Program-made: the position numbers and the translations under genes
The notes under the pieces: generated by a model
Database searches by the model: none
Told to the model about the DNA's origin: nothing
What the model saw: the letters and a program-made list of their open reading frames with translations, nothing else
Assembly (NCBI GenBank): GCA_963707025.1
Contig: CAVPOM010000005.1
Coordinates: forward strand, 320,001 to 384,000
Length of the DNA stretch: 64,000 bases
Direction of reading: 5' to 3'
DNA from: an uncultured Verrucomicrobiae bacterium
GTDB lineage: Bacteria; Verrucomicrobiota; Verrucomicrobiia; Limisphaerales; Palsa-1400
Part shown: positions 1 to 9,276 of the stretch, in pieces
How positions within the stretch are numbered: the stretch's first letter is position 1
How the letters are laid out: each line of letters begins with the position of its first letter

Positions 1-2
1 CC

Positions 3-2498
3 CGAGACGATGGCAGGTCACTGATTGGCCGGACATTACTCAGACTTGAAACAAACCTCAATAAACCAAGGGGAATAATCGAACCTGTTGAAGCTGTGAA
101 TCCGACTCGATTGGCTGAACAGACATGGCAGGACATTTGGCTTGCATGTGGGGAACAGCCGGAAGCGTGCCTTGCCACATTTATTGAGATATTGATTTTC
201 AAGTTTCTTTCTGACCTGGGCGTGTTGAAGGTTAATCCGTCTGGAGTGCCAGTTGACTTCCCAACAGTGTTGAGCAAAAGCCACGACACAATTCTGAAAT
301 ACTATTTTGAAACAATCCGCCCCGAAATCCGGCGTATCTTCCCACCAGGCGCAGATGCCACATCAATAATAAATGGAATAGTATTCAACCCCAATACCCA
401 GGGCCAAGGCGAATTGTTCCAGCAAATTCTCCAAAGATTTGAAGATTTTGGGTCGTTGAGACGGATTGACCCCGAATTTAAGTCGCGCATTTTTGAACGG
501 TTCCTTAAAAAAAGTCTTTCGGTAAAGAATTGGGGACAATACTTCACCCCAAGGAACGTTGTCAAATCTATTGTGGAAATGAGTGGAATTGAACACCTTA
601 CTTCAGGCTCAGTAGTGGCGGACCCGGCCTGTGGTGTCGGCGGCTTTATTCTTGAGCCACTGATGAATAAACGCCCATACGACTTTCGGGATGCAAATGC
701 AAAAGGGCTGAATTATGTCGGATGGGATAGGGATGATAAGACCATTATTCTTGCAAAAGCAAATATGCTAGTGCATTTATCGGAGGTTATTGAGCGGGAC
801 CCGTCTGAGGCGGTCGCTTTCCTTGCTCCCGTCTTGAACACCACTTTTAATTCAGTAAGCAGAAACCTGACAGGCTCTTTGGAACGCGCCCCATCCGATG
901 TTTTTGACCTCGTAATGACGAACATGCCATACGTCACGAGGGGTACTGGCAAGCAGAGGGAGTTTCTTAAAAGCCACTCTGGTTATTATTCTATTCCAGG
1001 CAGCGGCGTCGAGAATCTGTTTGTTCAGCTAATCATTCATGGACTCAAGCCTGGAGGGAGGGCTTTAATGGTGATCCCAGACGGCCTGTTACTAAGGCAT
1101 TCCGAAAATGCCTTGCGCGCACACATTCTAAACACTTGCATTGTTGAGGCTGTTATTTCCCTCCCCGTCAACACGTTTTATTCAACACCAAAGAAAACAT
1201 ATATTCTCGTTATCAAGAAAAAGCAGCCCTCTGACGCGCACCATCAAACACAGCCTGTTTTCACCTATATAGTAGGCAGCACTGGCGAAACCTTGGATGC
1301 AAAACGGTTTGTTATTGCGGAGAATGATCTTCCTAAAATGGCGTCGCTCTTTAAGGCATTTCAAGGAAATCCTGATGCGTTCTTAACCACAGAACCAAGA
1401 TGCAGGTTATTTTCCGCAAAACGGTTTAAACCAGATGAGCATTGGCTAGTGAATAAATGGTGGCCTTTGGAAGAAAGGGAGGCGCTAGATGACATAGAGG
1501 CCGAATGCTTTGTTGGCTCTGGAGAGTTATCCGCATTGCTCCATGAATCCTCCCGGACGATTTGCAAGTACGCAAACAGTTTGGCACTAATTGAACGTAC
1601 CGCCAAGATTGAACGAACGGTCACTCTCTTGTTGTCCGATAAACGATATTTTAGAATGTCCATTCGCAAGCGCGTTTTAATGCGTGATCTGTTCCGGGTT
1701 GAAGGTGGAACAATACCACTTTATTCCGCAAACGTGGAACCCGGAATGGAGCATGGATGGGTAGCAAGATCGAGGATTGTGGATTTTACCAACCCCTCTC
1801 TTCTATGGAGTATTGACAGCGATTTTAATATAACAGTCCGCAATGCGGGCGATCAATTTGCCACAACAGACCATTGTGGCAGGCTTCAAATAACAGATGC
1901 TAACTTAGACCCTGCCTATTGCCAGGCGGCAATTGTTTATGGCTATGGGCGCACCTATGGTTTTGACAGGACAATGCGACCATCATTGAAACGCATGAGA
2001 AAAGTCTCACTCCGAGTACCAGTGAAGGCGGACGGGTCATTTGATTTAGAGGCACAACGAGAGTTGGCAAAGGAGTTTATTGCAGTTCAGGAGGCGGTTA
2101 AAAACGCTGCCGCCAGCCTTGAGGCGATTGTGGAACTAAAACCCAAAGCGGATTTGCCAAAAGACGCAAAAGATTTAGGATGGCAGCCAGAATTTGTAGG
2201 GAACGAAGGAATAAAAGCGAATCAACAAAACTTTGATGCGTTGGCTGAAAGATGGGACAGGGATACGGGTATGCTCTCTGTGATTCATCAAAAGGTAAGT
2301 CATCCTTCTTATCAGAGAATAATAGACATGGGAACACCTGCATTGCCTTTTATTTTCATGGAATTACAAAAGACGCCGGCTCATTGGATGCCAGCCCTGA
2401 AAGCCATCACTGGCATGGATGTTCCTAAACCGGGAAGCAATGTTAGAGAGGCAATCCAAGCATGGCTCGAATGGGGAAAGTCAAATCATTATATCTAA
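3..2498 (+). CDS. N6-adenine DNA methyltransferase (HsdM/N6_Mtase-like) fused to one HsdS-like target-recognition domain and an extra ~90-aa C-terminal domain; 5'-truncated
   Basis: The frame is open from position 3 (RDDGRSLIG...). Motifs: GQYFTPR, DPACGVGGF (SAM binding), TNMPY (NPPY variant), LKPGGRA and VISLPVNTF. These are followed by a TRD-like region (IPLYSAN...TDHCGRL...DLEAQRELA). Confidence 0.85.
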   Translation, partial: RDDGRSLIGRTLLRLETNLNKPRGIIEPVEAVNPTRLAEQTWQDIWLACGEQPEACLATFIEILIFKFLSDLGVLKVNPSGVPVDFPTVLSKSHDTILKYYFETIRPEIRRIFPPGADATSIINGIVFNPNTQGQGELFQQILQRFEDFGSLRRIDPEFKSRIFERFLKKSLSVKNWGQYFTPRNVVKSIVEMSGIEHLTSGSVVADPACGVGGFILEPLMNKRPYDFRDANAKGLNYVGWDRDDKTIILAKANMLVHLSEVIERDPSEAVAFLAPVLNTTFNSVSRNLTGSLERAPSDVFDLVMTNMPYVTRGTGKQREFLKSHSGYYSIPGSGVENLFVQLIIHGLKPGGRALMVIPDGLLLRHSENALRAHILNTCIVEAVISLPVNTFYSTPKKTYILVIKKKQPSDAHHQTQPVFTYIVGSTGETLDAKRFVIAENDLPKMASLFKAFQGNPDAFLTTEPRCRLFSAKRFKPDEHWLVNKWWPLEEREALDDIEAECFVGSGELSALLHESSRTICKYANSLALIERTAKIERTVTLLLSDKRYFRMSIRKRVLMRDLFRVEGGTIPLYSANVEPGMEHGWVARSRIVDFTNPSLLWSIDSDFNITVRNAGDQFATTDHCGRLQITDANLDPAYCQAAIVYGYGRTYGFDRTMRPSLKRMRKVSLRVPVKADGSFDLEAQRELAKEFIAVQEAVKNAAASLEAIVELKPKADLPKDAKDLGWQPEFVGNEGIKANQQNFDALAERWDRDTGMLSVIHQKVSHPSYQRIIDMGTPALPFIFMELQKTPAHWMPALKAITGMDVPKPGSNVREAIQAWLEWGKSNHYI

Positions 2499-2941
2499 TG
2501 GGTGTCGCAATCATAGAAAAAGCGTTCCCAAAAATTCGTAAAGAGGGATACAAAATCGCCAGCACCGAAACAGTGAACTATAATTGTTTTGGCTGGGCGA
2601 TCCATGATGCGTCTAGGTGGTGGTCTCCGATTGAAAATAATGGCTACCACTGGCCGGAAAGTTTTTCAAGGGACTTGGATGTCGGTAATTACGTAAAGCT
2701 CTTCCAATCCGTCGGCAATTTTAAGCCGTGCCAAAATGGAGATTATGAGGATGGTTTTGAGAAAATCGCCATTTACGCGAACAGCCAGGGGCACGCCACG
2801 CACGCCGCCCGGCAGATTTCATCCAGGAAATGGACAAGCAAACTTGGCGATTGGGAAGATGTGGAACATGATACGCTTGAGGCGTTAGAGGGTGATTTTT
2901 ACGGGAAAGTCGTGCAAATTTTGAAAAGAGCGGTACAATGA
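2498..2941 (+). CDS. Hypothetical protein with putative papain-like Cys/His dyad (resembles the family I recall as DUF7689)
   Basis: The ATG overlaps the upstream stop (TAATG, 2496-2500). Motifs: YNCFGWA, EKIAIY, THAARQ, WTSKLG, DVEH and LEGDFYG. Confidence 0.75.
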   Translation: MGVAIIEKAFPKIRKEGYKIASTETVNYNCFGWAIHDASRWWSPIENNGYHWPESFSRDLDVGNYVKLFQSVGNFKPCQNGDYEDGFEKIAIYANSQGHATHAARQISSRKWTSKLGDWEDVEHDTLEALEGDFYGKVVQILKRAVQ

Positions 2942-2945
2942 ATTG

Positions 2946-3119
2946 ATGAGCGATGGAAAAAAACATATTTCGGCCAACGAAGTGCCGCTGATTCCGATAG
3001 GCGACTTTAAAAAAGTCGTCAAGAAAATCCTGTCGAATACGAAGGCGGAGTCGGATCGGGCGCTGGCTGAATTTCAGGCCAGCAACCTGCGAAGGCGTGA
3101 TGCTAAGAAACGCTGTTAG
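2946..3119 (+). CDS. Small basic hypothetical protein (57 aa, MSDGKKHISANEVPLIPIGDFKKVVKKILSNTKAESDRALAEFQASNLRRRDAKKRC)
   Basis: Read by hand: ATG at 2946, TAG at 3117-3119. It starts 4 bp after the previous stop and is below the ORF-track length cutoff. Confidence 0.55.
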   Translation: MSDGKKHISANEVPLIPIGDFKKVVKKILSNTKAESDRALAEFQASNLRRRDAKKRC

Positions 3120-3127
3120 AGTCTGCA

Positions 3128-3202
3128 TCCAGAGTAGCTCAATGGTAGAGCGCGCGGCTGTTAACCGTGATGTTGCAGGTTCGAGCCCTGCCTCTGGAGC
3201 CA
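3128..3202 (+). tRNA. tRNA-Asn (anticodon GTT)
   Basis: Acceptor stem TCCAGAG/CTCTGGA, D-arm GCTC-AATGGTA-GAGC, anticodon arm CGCGG-CTGTTAA-CCGTG, T-arm GCAGG-TTCGAGC-CCTGC, encoded CCA end. Confidence 0.97.
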
Positions 3203-3389
3203 GCCTTATGTTGTTACAAATATATTATTACCTAGATTTGGCCTGTATAGACCCATCTATAACTCAATGATTTACAGGCTATTACGCATTTTCTTGTGTA
3301 AATGTATGGCCTGACCCCTTGCCCCATGATTTTGCCATCTCCCCGTCGCCTCTGCCTTGCGCTTCCTGACCTTGCATTTTCCCGCACTC

Positions 3390-3500
3390 CTCTCCCATCT
3401 CCCCATTTTTCATTCTTCATTCTGCATTCTGCATTTCCCCTCCGTTGCCTCAGTTGCCTCCTGTTCAAAACGGCTTCTGCATTTTGCATTTCCGAATCTT
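3390..3500. repeat. Low-complexity heptamer and short tandem repeats
   Basis: cattctt-cattctg-cattctg-catttc, ccgttgcct-cagttgcct and ctgcatt-ttgcatt. A similar catttag-catttat-catttat run lies at about 4293-4313, on the other side of the four-helix-bundle gene. Confidence 0.6.
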
Positions 3501-3624
3501 TCTGACCCCATCTTCCTGACGCCGCACTCCTGTGCAAAACTCCTTCCACATCCGCGTCCATCCGGATTCATTGGTGGTTCTCGCCATCCTCCAAACGCCA
3601 TCTTCCACGACGGATTCGGCTATT

Positions 3625-4275
3625 TTAGGCGCGGTATCTCCATTGGCAGCGCACGCGGTAGAGGCGCTCCGTGAAACCGCCTTCTTCCACAAAGTTTTTC
3701 TCCAGTGTGGCGATCTGGCGGTCGAGCAGGTAACATGCGAGGTTTAGCAGCGAGAGCGCGGCATTGGCCACGAGTTCAGCAGAAGACACGGACGGAGACG
3801 GACTATCACGGACAGGCACTGACGGGGCGGGTTGCTGCTGTGCCGGTCCGAGTGTGTCCTTGTTCGTCCTCGCTGTTTGCCGTTCCTCCTGCACCCAGGC
3901 CCGCACTTGTTGCAGCGTGGCGCACCGCTTGGCTTTGAAGCGCATCAGCGCGGGGTGTTTTGGCGGCCACTGCGCCAGGCCGCGCTGCCGCAGATAATCC
4001 TCATAGTCCAGCCGCAGTTCCTCCAGGCTGGCGCGGGCCACGCTGGTGAGCTTGAGTTCGGTTTTCTTGGACGTGCCGCTGGCCTGGCTGCTCTCCGCGA
4101 TGTTCTGCACGCCCGACCGCGCCGCCTGCACCATCTGATCGTGCGTGCGGCTGCGTTTCTCGAGGTAGCGGTCGCAAAACCGCACCGTCACATCGTACGC
4201 CAGTTGCGCCACCTGAAAACTTTTCAACTTCCGGCAGCCGCCATGCAGCGGAATCAGTTTTTCCGGCCCAGTGAT
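3625..4275 (-). CDS. Four-helix-bundle (23S rRNA IVS protein-like) suffix-domain protein; start uncertain
   Basis: LIPLHGGCRKLKSFQ...DQMVQAARSGVQNIAE...ARASLEELRLDYEDYL...EGGFTERLY. The conserved N-terminus extends upstream of the TTG at 4227, but an in-frame stop sits at about 4280 (possible extra A in an A5 run). Confidence 0.8.
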   Translation of the reverse strand: MTGPEKLIPLHGGCRKLKSFQVAQLAYDVTVRFCDRYLEKRSRTHDQMVQAARSGVQNIAESSQASGTSKKTELKLTSVARASLEELRLDYEDYLRQRGLAQWPPKHPALMRFKAKRCATLQQVRAWVQEERQTARTNKDTLGPAQQQPAPSVPVRDSPSPSVSSAELVANAALSLLNLACYLLDRQIATLEKNFVEEGGFTERLYRVRCQWRYRA

Positions 4276-4338
4276 TTTTCAAATGTTGCTTCCATTTAGC
4301 ATTTATCATTTATAATTCATCCTTGCCCTTTTCCCCTC

Positions 4339-5388
4339 CTAAACCGGAGCGGCGGCGGGGCGCGGGGCGGAGTCGGCCAGCCAGTTTTTGGCCATGTTAT
4401 CCAGGGCCTTGATCCACAGGGGATGGGTGTTCAAACAGGGCACCAGCGTCAATTCCCCGCCGCCTGCCGCGCGAAAGGTCTCGCGCCCGCGCATGCCGAT
4501 TTCTTCCAGCGTTTCCAGGCAGTCCGAGACGAAGGATGGACAGATGACCAGGAGCTGGCGGATGCCGGCCCTGGCCAGGCCCGCAATGACGCGGTCGGTA
4601 TAGGGTTTGAGCCACGGTTCGCGTCCCAATCGGGATTGAAAGGCGATGGAATGCATGTGTTTTGGAATCGAGGCCATGCGCACAAATGCTTCCACCGTTT
4701 TGAAACACTGCGCGCGATAGCAGGTGTCCAGCACCGGACAGCCGTCCCCGCAGCAATCCCTCCGGATCAGGCAATGGCGGCCGCTGGGGTCGGCTTTGCG
4801 CAAATGCCGCTCGGGTATGCCATGAAAACTGAAGAGCAAGTGGTCGTAATCCTGTTTCAAATACTCCGAGGCGTTGGCCGTCATGGCCCGGATGTAATCG
4901 GGGTGATCGTAATAGGGCGGCGCGACCGTGAGCGACATGCGCGGCGCCTCCCTGGCCATGACTTCCCGCACCCGCGCGACGGCGGTTTCATAGCTGGACA
5001 TGGCATAGTGGGGAAAAAGCGGGATGAGCAGCACCTCCTGGATGCCTTGGTCCCGCAACTTGCGGATGGCCCCGGGGATGGACGGGTTGCGATAACGCAT
5101 CGCCAGCTCCACCGTCATGGCGGCGCGGTCTTGCAGCGCCTCCCGCACTTTGCGGCTGGTCGCCACCAGGGGCGAGCCTTCGGGGGTCCAGATTTTTTTG
5201 TAGGCTTCAGCCGACTGGGCGGCGCGTCTGGGCAAAATGGCGAGGTGAACCAGGCACCAGCGCACCGGATAGAACGCATCCAGAACGCGGCCATCCATGA
5301 GAAATTCACCCAGATAGGCCCGCACATCTGCGACGGAGACGGAATCAGGCGATCCCAGATTGACCAGAAGCACGGCTCGCTGGTTCAT
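4339..5388 (-). CDS. hemH: Ferrochelatase
   Basis: LLVNLGSP, AMRY, PLFPHYAMSS, LFSFHGIP, FQSRLG.EPWLKP and FVSDCLETLEEI; last gene of the hem operon. Confidence 0.95.
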   Translation of the reverse strand: MNQRAVLLVNLGSPDSVSVADVRAYLGEFLMDGRVLDAFYPVRWCLVHLAILPRRAAQSAEAYKKIWTPEGSPLVATSRKVREALQDRAAMTVELAMRYRNPSIPGAIRKLRDQGIQEVLLIPLFPHYAMSSYETAVARVREVMAREAPRMSLTVAPPYYDHPDYIRAMTANASEYLKQDYDHLLFSFHGIPERHLRKADPSGRHCLIRRDCCGDGCPVLDTCYRAQCFKTVEAFVRMASIPKHMHSIAFQSRLGREPWLKPYTDRVIAGLARAGIRQLLVICPSFVSDCLETLEEIGMRGRETFRAAGGGELTLVPCLNTHPLWIKALDNMAKNWLADSAPRPAAAPV

Positions 5389-6803
5389 ACGGAAACGGGG
5401 TGGTCCAAGCCCTTGGCGCGCCTGGCATCTGCGGCCAGGAAAGTCTGGATTCTCTCCGCCGCATGGTGGGCGGAGAGGATGGAATCGCCCAGGGAAATGC
5501 CGTCGCGGGCGTGCCCGGCCACAAACAGGCCCGGCGCCTTCAACTCCATGTCGTTCATCAACGCGCGGAATTTTCCGAAACCCAGGTTGTATTGCGGAAT
5601 GGCCTGGCGATAGACGGCGACATGCTGAAAGGTGGGCCGGCCCCGGACGCCCAAAATTATTTCCAGGTTTCTGACGGCGATTTCCGTCAGCACCTCGGGG
5701 GTGTTCAGGGGCAGCAGCGGAGCGCGCGCGCCGCCGAGGTAACAGGTGATGACCACTTGGCCTTGCGGGGCGCGATTGGGAAAGAGCGAGGAGGAGAAAA
5801 GCGCGCCCAGGATGTTAAACCCTTCCTTCTCCGGTATGAGCATGCCAAATCCATCGAGCGGATGGGCCACATCGGCACGGCGAAAGCCCAGCACGACTGA
5901 GGCCACGGGTGGATAATAGACTTCGGCCAGCGACGAAATCTCCAGCGCCGGAGTGGTGTTAATCTCCAGCGAAGCCATTTTGTGGCTCGGCAGGGCGAGC
6001 AGGACGGCGGCGCACTCGATCGGATTGCCCTCCCCTCCCTGTTCCAATTCCACCAACCAGCCCTCCTCCGTCCGCCGCAACCCCGCAATGGGCGCGGAGG
6101 TTTCAATGGCGCCGTCCAGGCCGGCTTGCAGCGCTTCAATGAGCACCTGCAACCCGTCATCGAAGGAAAACTTCTTCGCATCTTGTTTGGAGACTTCGCC
6201 GCTGCGTTTGCGTTCGCGCGCGCCCAGGAATTGCCCCAAAAACAGGGAACGATAGCGCTGCTCCAGCAGATGGAGTTTGGGAAAGGCCTGCGACACCGAA
6301 AGAAGCCTGGGGTTGCCGGCGTAAATTCCGGCCACCAACGGATCAATGGCGTAATCGAGAAATTCCTGGCCGAGCCGCCGCTGGACAAATTGGGCGATGG
6401 ATTCTTCCAAACCTGCCGGCGCCCGCCGGATGAACGGCTCGGCCAAAACGCGCAACTTGGCGGCCGCCGAAAACAGCGGCGTGGTCAGAAAACGGGCCGC
6501 GGAAGTCGGAATTTCCACCGGCCTTTTGTCGCGCACCACGAAGCGCTTTTCCGCGGACGGATCGGAATAAAGCCGGCGCGATTCCAACCCCAGGTCGCGC
6601 ACCAGATCGGAAATGACCGGGGAGGTCTCCAGGATGCTGTTGGGGCCAAATTCGGCCAGATAGCCGTCGCGCCGCACGGATTGGATCACTCCGCCCACGC
6701 GTGCGGAGGCCTCCAGCAGGATGACGGGGATGTCTCGTTGTTTGAGACAAAAGGCCGCAGTCAGCCCGGTAATGCCGCCTCCGATGATGGCCACAGGTTT
6801 CAT
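5385..6803 (-). CDS. hemG: Protoporphyrinogen oxidase (FAD-dependent, HemY-type)
   Basis: IIGGGITGL, RVGGVIQS, EFGPNS, GIYAG, GFGMLIP and AIPQY; overlaps the hemH start. Confidence 0.92.
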   Translation of the reverse strand: MKPVAIIGGGITGLTAAFCLKQRDIPVILLEASARVGGVIQSVRRDGYLAEFGPNSILETSPVISDLVRDLGLESRRLYSDPSAEKRFVVRDKRPVEIPTSAARFLTTPLFSAAAKLRVLAEPFIRRAPAGLEESIAQFVQRRLGQEFLDYAIDPLVAGIYAGNPRLLSVSQAFPKLHLLEQRYRSLFLGQFLGARERKRSGEVSKQDAKKFSFDDGLQVLIEALQAGLDGAIETSAPIAGLRRTEEGWLVELEQGGEGNPIECAAVLLALPSHKMASLEINTTPALEISSLAEVYYPPVASVVLGFRRADVAHPLDGFGMLIPEKEGFNILGALFSSSLFPNRAPQGQVVITCYLGGARAPLLPLNTPEVLTEIAVRNLEIILGVRGRPTFQHVAVYRQAIPQYNLGFGKFRALMNDMELKAPGLFVAGHARDGISLGDSILSAHHAAERIQTFLAADARRAKGLDHPVSV

Positions 6804-8179
6804 ATTGTCTTGGAAAAGCGCCGTTCCTTGGCGTTGGCGAGATAGCGATCGAAGCGCATGGCAATATTGCGGATGAAAAGGCGGCCCACCTCGTTGACGA
6901 CCAGGCCATCGGGGCGGCGCTGCAACAGGCCGTCCTTTTCAAGGTCCGTCAGGGAGTCCAGTTCGGCCTTAAAATAGCCGGCAAAGTCTATTCCCAGGTC
7001 CTTGGAAAGTCCGGCATAGTCCAGACTCAGGTCGCACATCAAGCGCATGATGGCATGGCGGCGGATCTTGTCGTCGCTGCTTAAAATGTAGCCCTTGGCA
7101 AAAGGCTCCCAGCCGGAATCCAGCACCTCATAGTATCCGGCCAAATCCTTGATGTTTTGCCAATAGACGCCGTCGGCCTGCGAGATGGCCGACATGCCAA
7201 AGGCATAAATGTCCGCCCCGCCTTTGGTGCTGTAGCCCTGGAAATTGCGCTGCAAAGTTTTCTGCCGTTGCGCCACCGCCAGTTCATCCGTCGGGCGGGC
7301 GAAGTGATCCATGCCGATGTAGGTGTACTGGTCGTTGTGCGTCAGCTTCTCGATGACCAGTTTTAAAATGGCCAGCTTGGTTTGCGCGCTGGGCAAAGCC
7401 GCCTCCTGTTCCAGAATTTTCTGCGCCGGCTTCATCCACGGCACATGCGCATAACTGAACACCGCCAGCCGGTCCGGCCCAAGGCCGATGATTTGATCCA
7501 GGGTTTGCTCGAAGGATTGGACCGTCTGGTAAGGCAACCCGTAAATCAAGTCCACGTTGACCGATGGAAAACCGGCGGCGCGCGCCCACGCGATGGCTTG
7601 TTCCGTTTGGCCGCGCGGTTGAATGCGATGGACCGCCGCCTGGACCGTGGCATTGAAATCCTGCACGCCAATCGAAGCGCGGTTGAACCCCACTTCCCGC
7701 AAGGCCGCCACATGATCCTGCGTTAAGCGGCGCGGATCAATCTCCACTCCCGCTTCCAGGTCGGGCGCCAGATTGAAATGCTTGCGAATGGATTGGCCGA
7801 GCCAGCGAATTTCGCCTGGCGACAGAAACGTCGGCGTGCCGCCGCCCCAGTGCAATTGCACGACTTGGCGCTGCGGATTGAGGCGGGCGCTCATCAGCTC
7901 CATTTCCTGGTCCAGGTATTGCAAGTAGAGCGCCGCTTTTTCCCGTTGGGTCGTGATCACGGTCGTGCAGCCGCAATACCAGCAGAGCGACTCGCAAAAC
8001 GGGATGTGGAAATAGAGGGAAAGCCCGCGCCCGGCCGGCTGCGCCTGGGCGATTCTGGCCGCCACTTCCGGCCAGGTGACCTGGTCGGTAAACTGCGGGG
8101 CGGGCGGATAAGAGGTGTAACGCGGCCCCGGCACGTTATACTTTTGCACCAAATCGAGATCTACATTCAGTTTGCTCAT
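6800..8179 (-). CDS. hemN: Oxygen-independent coproporphyrinogen III oxidase
   Basis: KYNVPGPRYTSYP, YFHIPFCESLCWYCGC, HWGGGTPT, IGMDHFA and RNFQGY. The ATG at 8179 overlaps the hemE stop. Confidence 0.95.
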   Translation of the reverse strand: MSKLNVDLDLVQKYNVPGPRYTSYPPAPQFTDQVTWPEVAARIAQAQPAGRGLSLYFHIPFCESLCWYCGCTTVITTQREKAALYLQYLDQEMELMSARLNPQRQVVQLHWGGGTPTFLSPGEIRWLGQSIRKHFNLAPDLEAGVEIDPRRLTQDHVAALREVGFNRASIGVQDFNATVQAAVHRIQPRGQTEQAIAWARAAGFPSVNVDLIYGLPYQTVQSFEQTLDQIIGLGPDRLAVFSYAHVPWMKPAQKILEQEAALPSAQTKLAILKLVIEKLTHNDQYTYIGMDHFARPTDELAVAQRQKTLQRNFQGYSTKGGADIYAFGMSAISQADGVYWQNIKDLAGYYEVLDSGWEPFAKGYILSSDDKIRRHAIMRLMCDLSLDYAGLSKDLGIDFAGYFKAELDSLTDLEKDGLLQRRPDGLVVNEVGRLFIRNIAMRFDRYLANAKERRFSKTI

Positions 8180-9276
8180 ACGAAGTTTTGCACGGCAGCG
8201 GCCAGCGCCTCGAGATTTTCCATTTTTGCCGCGGGCGGCACGCCGTGGCCAAGGTTGAAGATGTAGCCGTTGCGGTCGCGCATTTGTTCCAGCAAACGCC
8301 GCGTTTCCGCCGCCACCGTCGCCGGCTCCGCGCCGGTCAGCAACGCCGGATCCAGATTTCCCTGCAGGCCGGTGTCCCGCGGCAGCCGCCGTTCCGCCTC
8401 CGCCAGTTGCATCCCGTGATCTATGCCAATCACGTTTGCCCCAATTTTTGCCAGCGCGTCCCACGCCCGCGTCCCCTTGGAATACACAATCACCGGCGCC
8501 TGCCCGTTGAGTTGCGACACGATCATCTCCATCCACCGGCCTGACGCCGCTTCAAAGTCCGCCGCCGGCAAATCCCCTCCCACACTGTCGAAAATCTGCA
8601 CCGCGTCCACGCCGCAGGCGATTTGCATTTGCAGAAACTCCGTCACCGCCGCGGTCAATTTGCCGGCCAGCAGATTGTAGGTGGTGCGATCGCGCCGGAA
8701 CAACTCCTGCGCCCTGGCAAACTGCTTTGCGCTCCCCCCTTCCAGCATGAAATTGGCCAGCGTCCAGGGCGAACCCGCGAAACCGAGCAGCGCGGTGCGG
8801 CCGTCCAAATTCCGTTTGATCAATTCCAGGGCCACGGCCACGTACTGGAGGCGCTCGGACACCCCAACCTCCAGCAGCTTGTGGATGTCCGACAAATCAT
8901 GCAGCGCGCTTTCCATTTCCACGCCGCCGCTGTCACGGAACCGGAACCCCTGTCCCATCGCCTCGGGCACCACCAGGATGTCGCTGAAGAGGATGGCGGC
9001 ATCGAAGCCAAAACGGCTGATGGGCTGCAACGTGACGGCCGCCGCCAGTTCGGGGGTGCGGATCAATTTGCGGAAGGAATGCTTTTCGCGCAGCGCGCGG
9101 TATTCGGGCAGGCACCGTCCGGCCTGGCGCATCAGCCAGATGGGGGGGCGGTCCACCGGCAAAAGGTTCAGGGCGTTGAGCATCCGCTCCCTGCGCGAGC
9201 CTTGCGCCGCCGCCGCTCCGGGAGGCTTGACGGCAAGCCCCGGCCGTTTAGTCTCGTCTGCCAATAAATCCTGCAT
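8176..9276 (-). CDS. hemE: Uroporphyrinogen decarboxylase
   Basis: PIWLMRQAGRCLPEYR, AAILFSDIL, GFAGSPWT, QGNLDP and IFNLGHGV. Confidence 0.95.
   Translation of the reverse strand: MQDLLADETKRPGLAVKPPGAAAAQGSRRERMLNALNLLPVDRPPIWLMRQAGRCLPEYRALREKHSFRKLIRTPELAAAVTLQPISRFGFDAAILFSDILVVPEAMGQGFRFRDSGGVEMESALHDLSDIHKLLEVGVSERLQYVAVALELIKRNLDGRTALLGFAGSPWTLANFMLEGGSAKQFARAQELFRRDRTTYNLLAGKLTAAVTEFLQMQIACGVDAVQIFDSVGGDLPAADFEAASGRWMEMIVSQLNGQAPVIVYSKGTRAWDALAKIGANVIGIDHGMQLAEAERRLPRDTGLQGNLDPALLTGAEPATVAAETRRLLEQMRDRNGYIFNLGHGVPPAAKMENLEALAAAVQNFV

Noticed and set aside
3300..3320. ggcctgacccc half-site resembling RAYT-associated repeats
   Set aside because: Single copy with no partner repeat or transposase in the window.
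6800..8536. Extended ORF-track starts (hemN 8536, HlyD 16258, ACP 19626, LolA 29410, MMPL 32668)
   Set aside because: The extensions overlap upstream genes; internal ATGs coupled to the upstream stop codons fit better.
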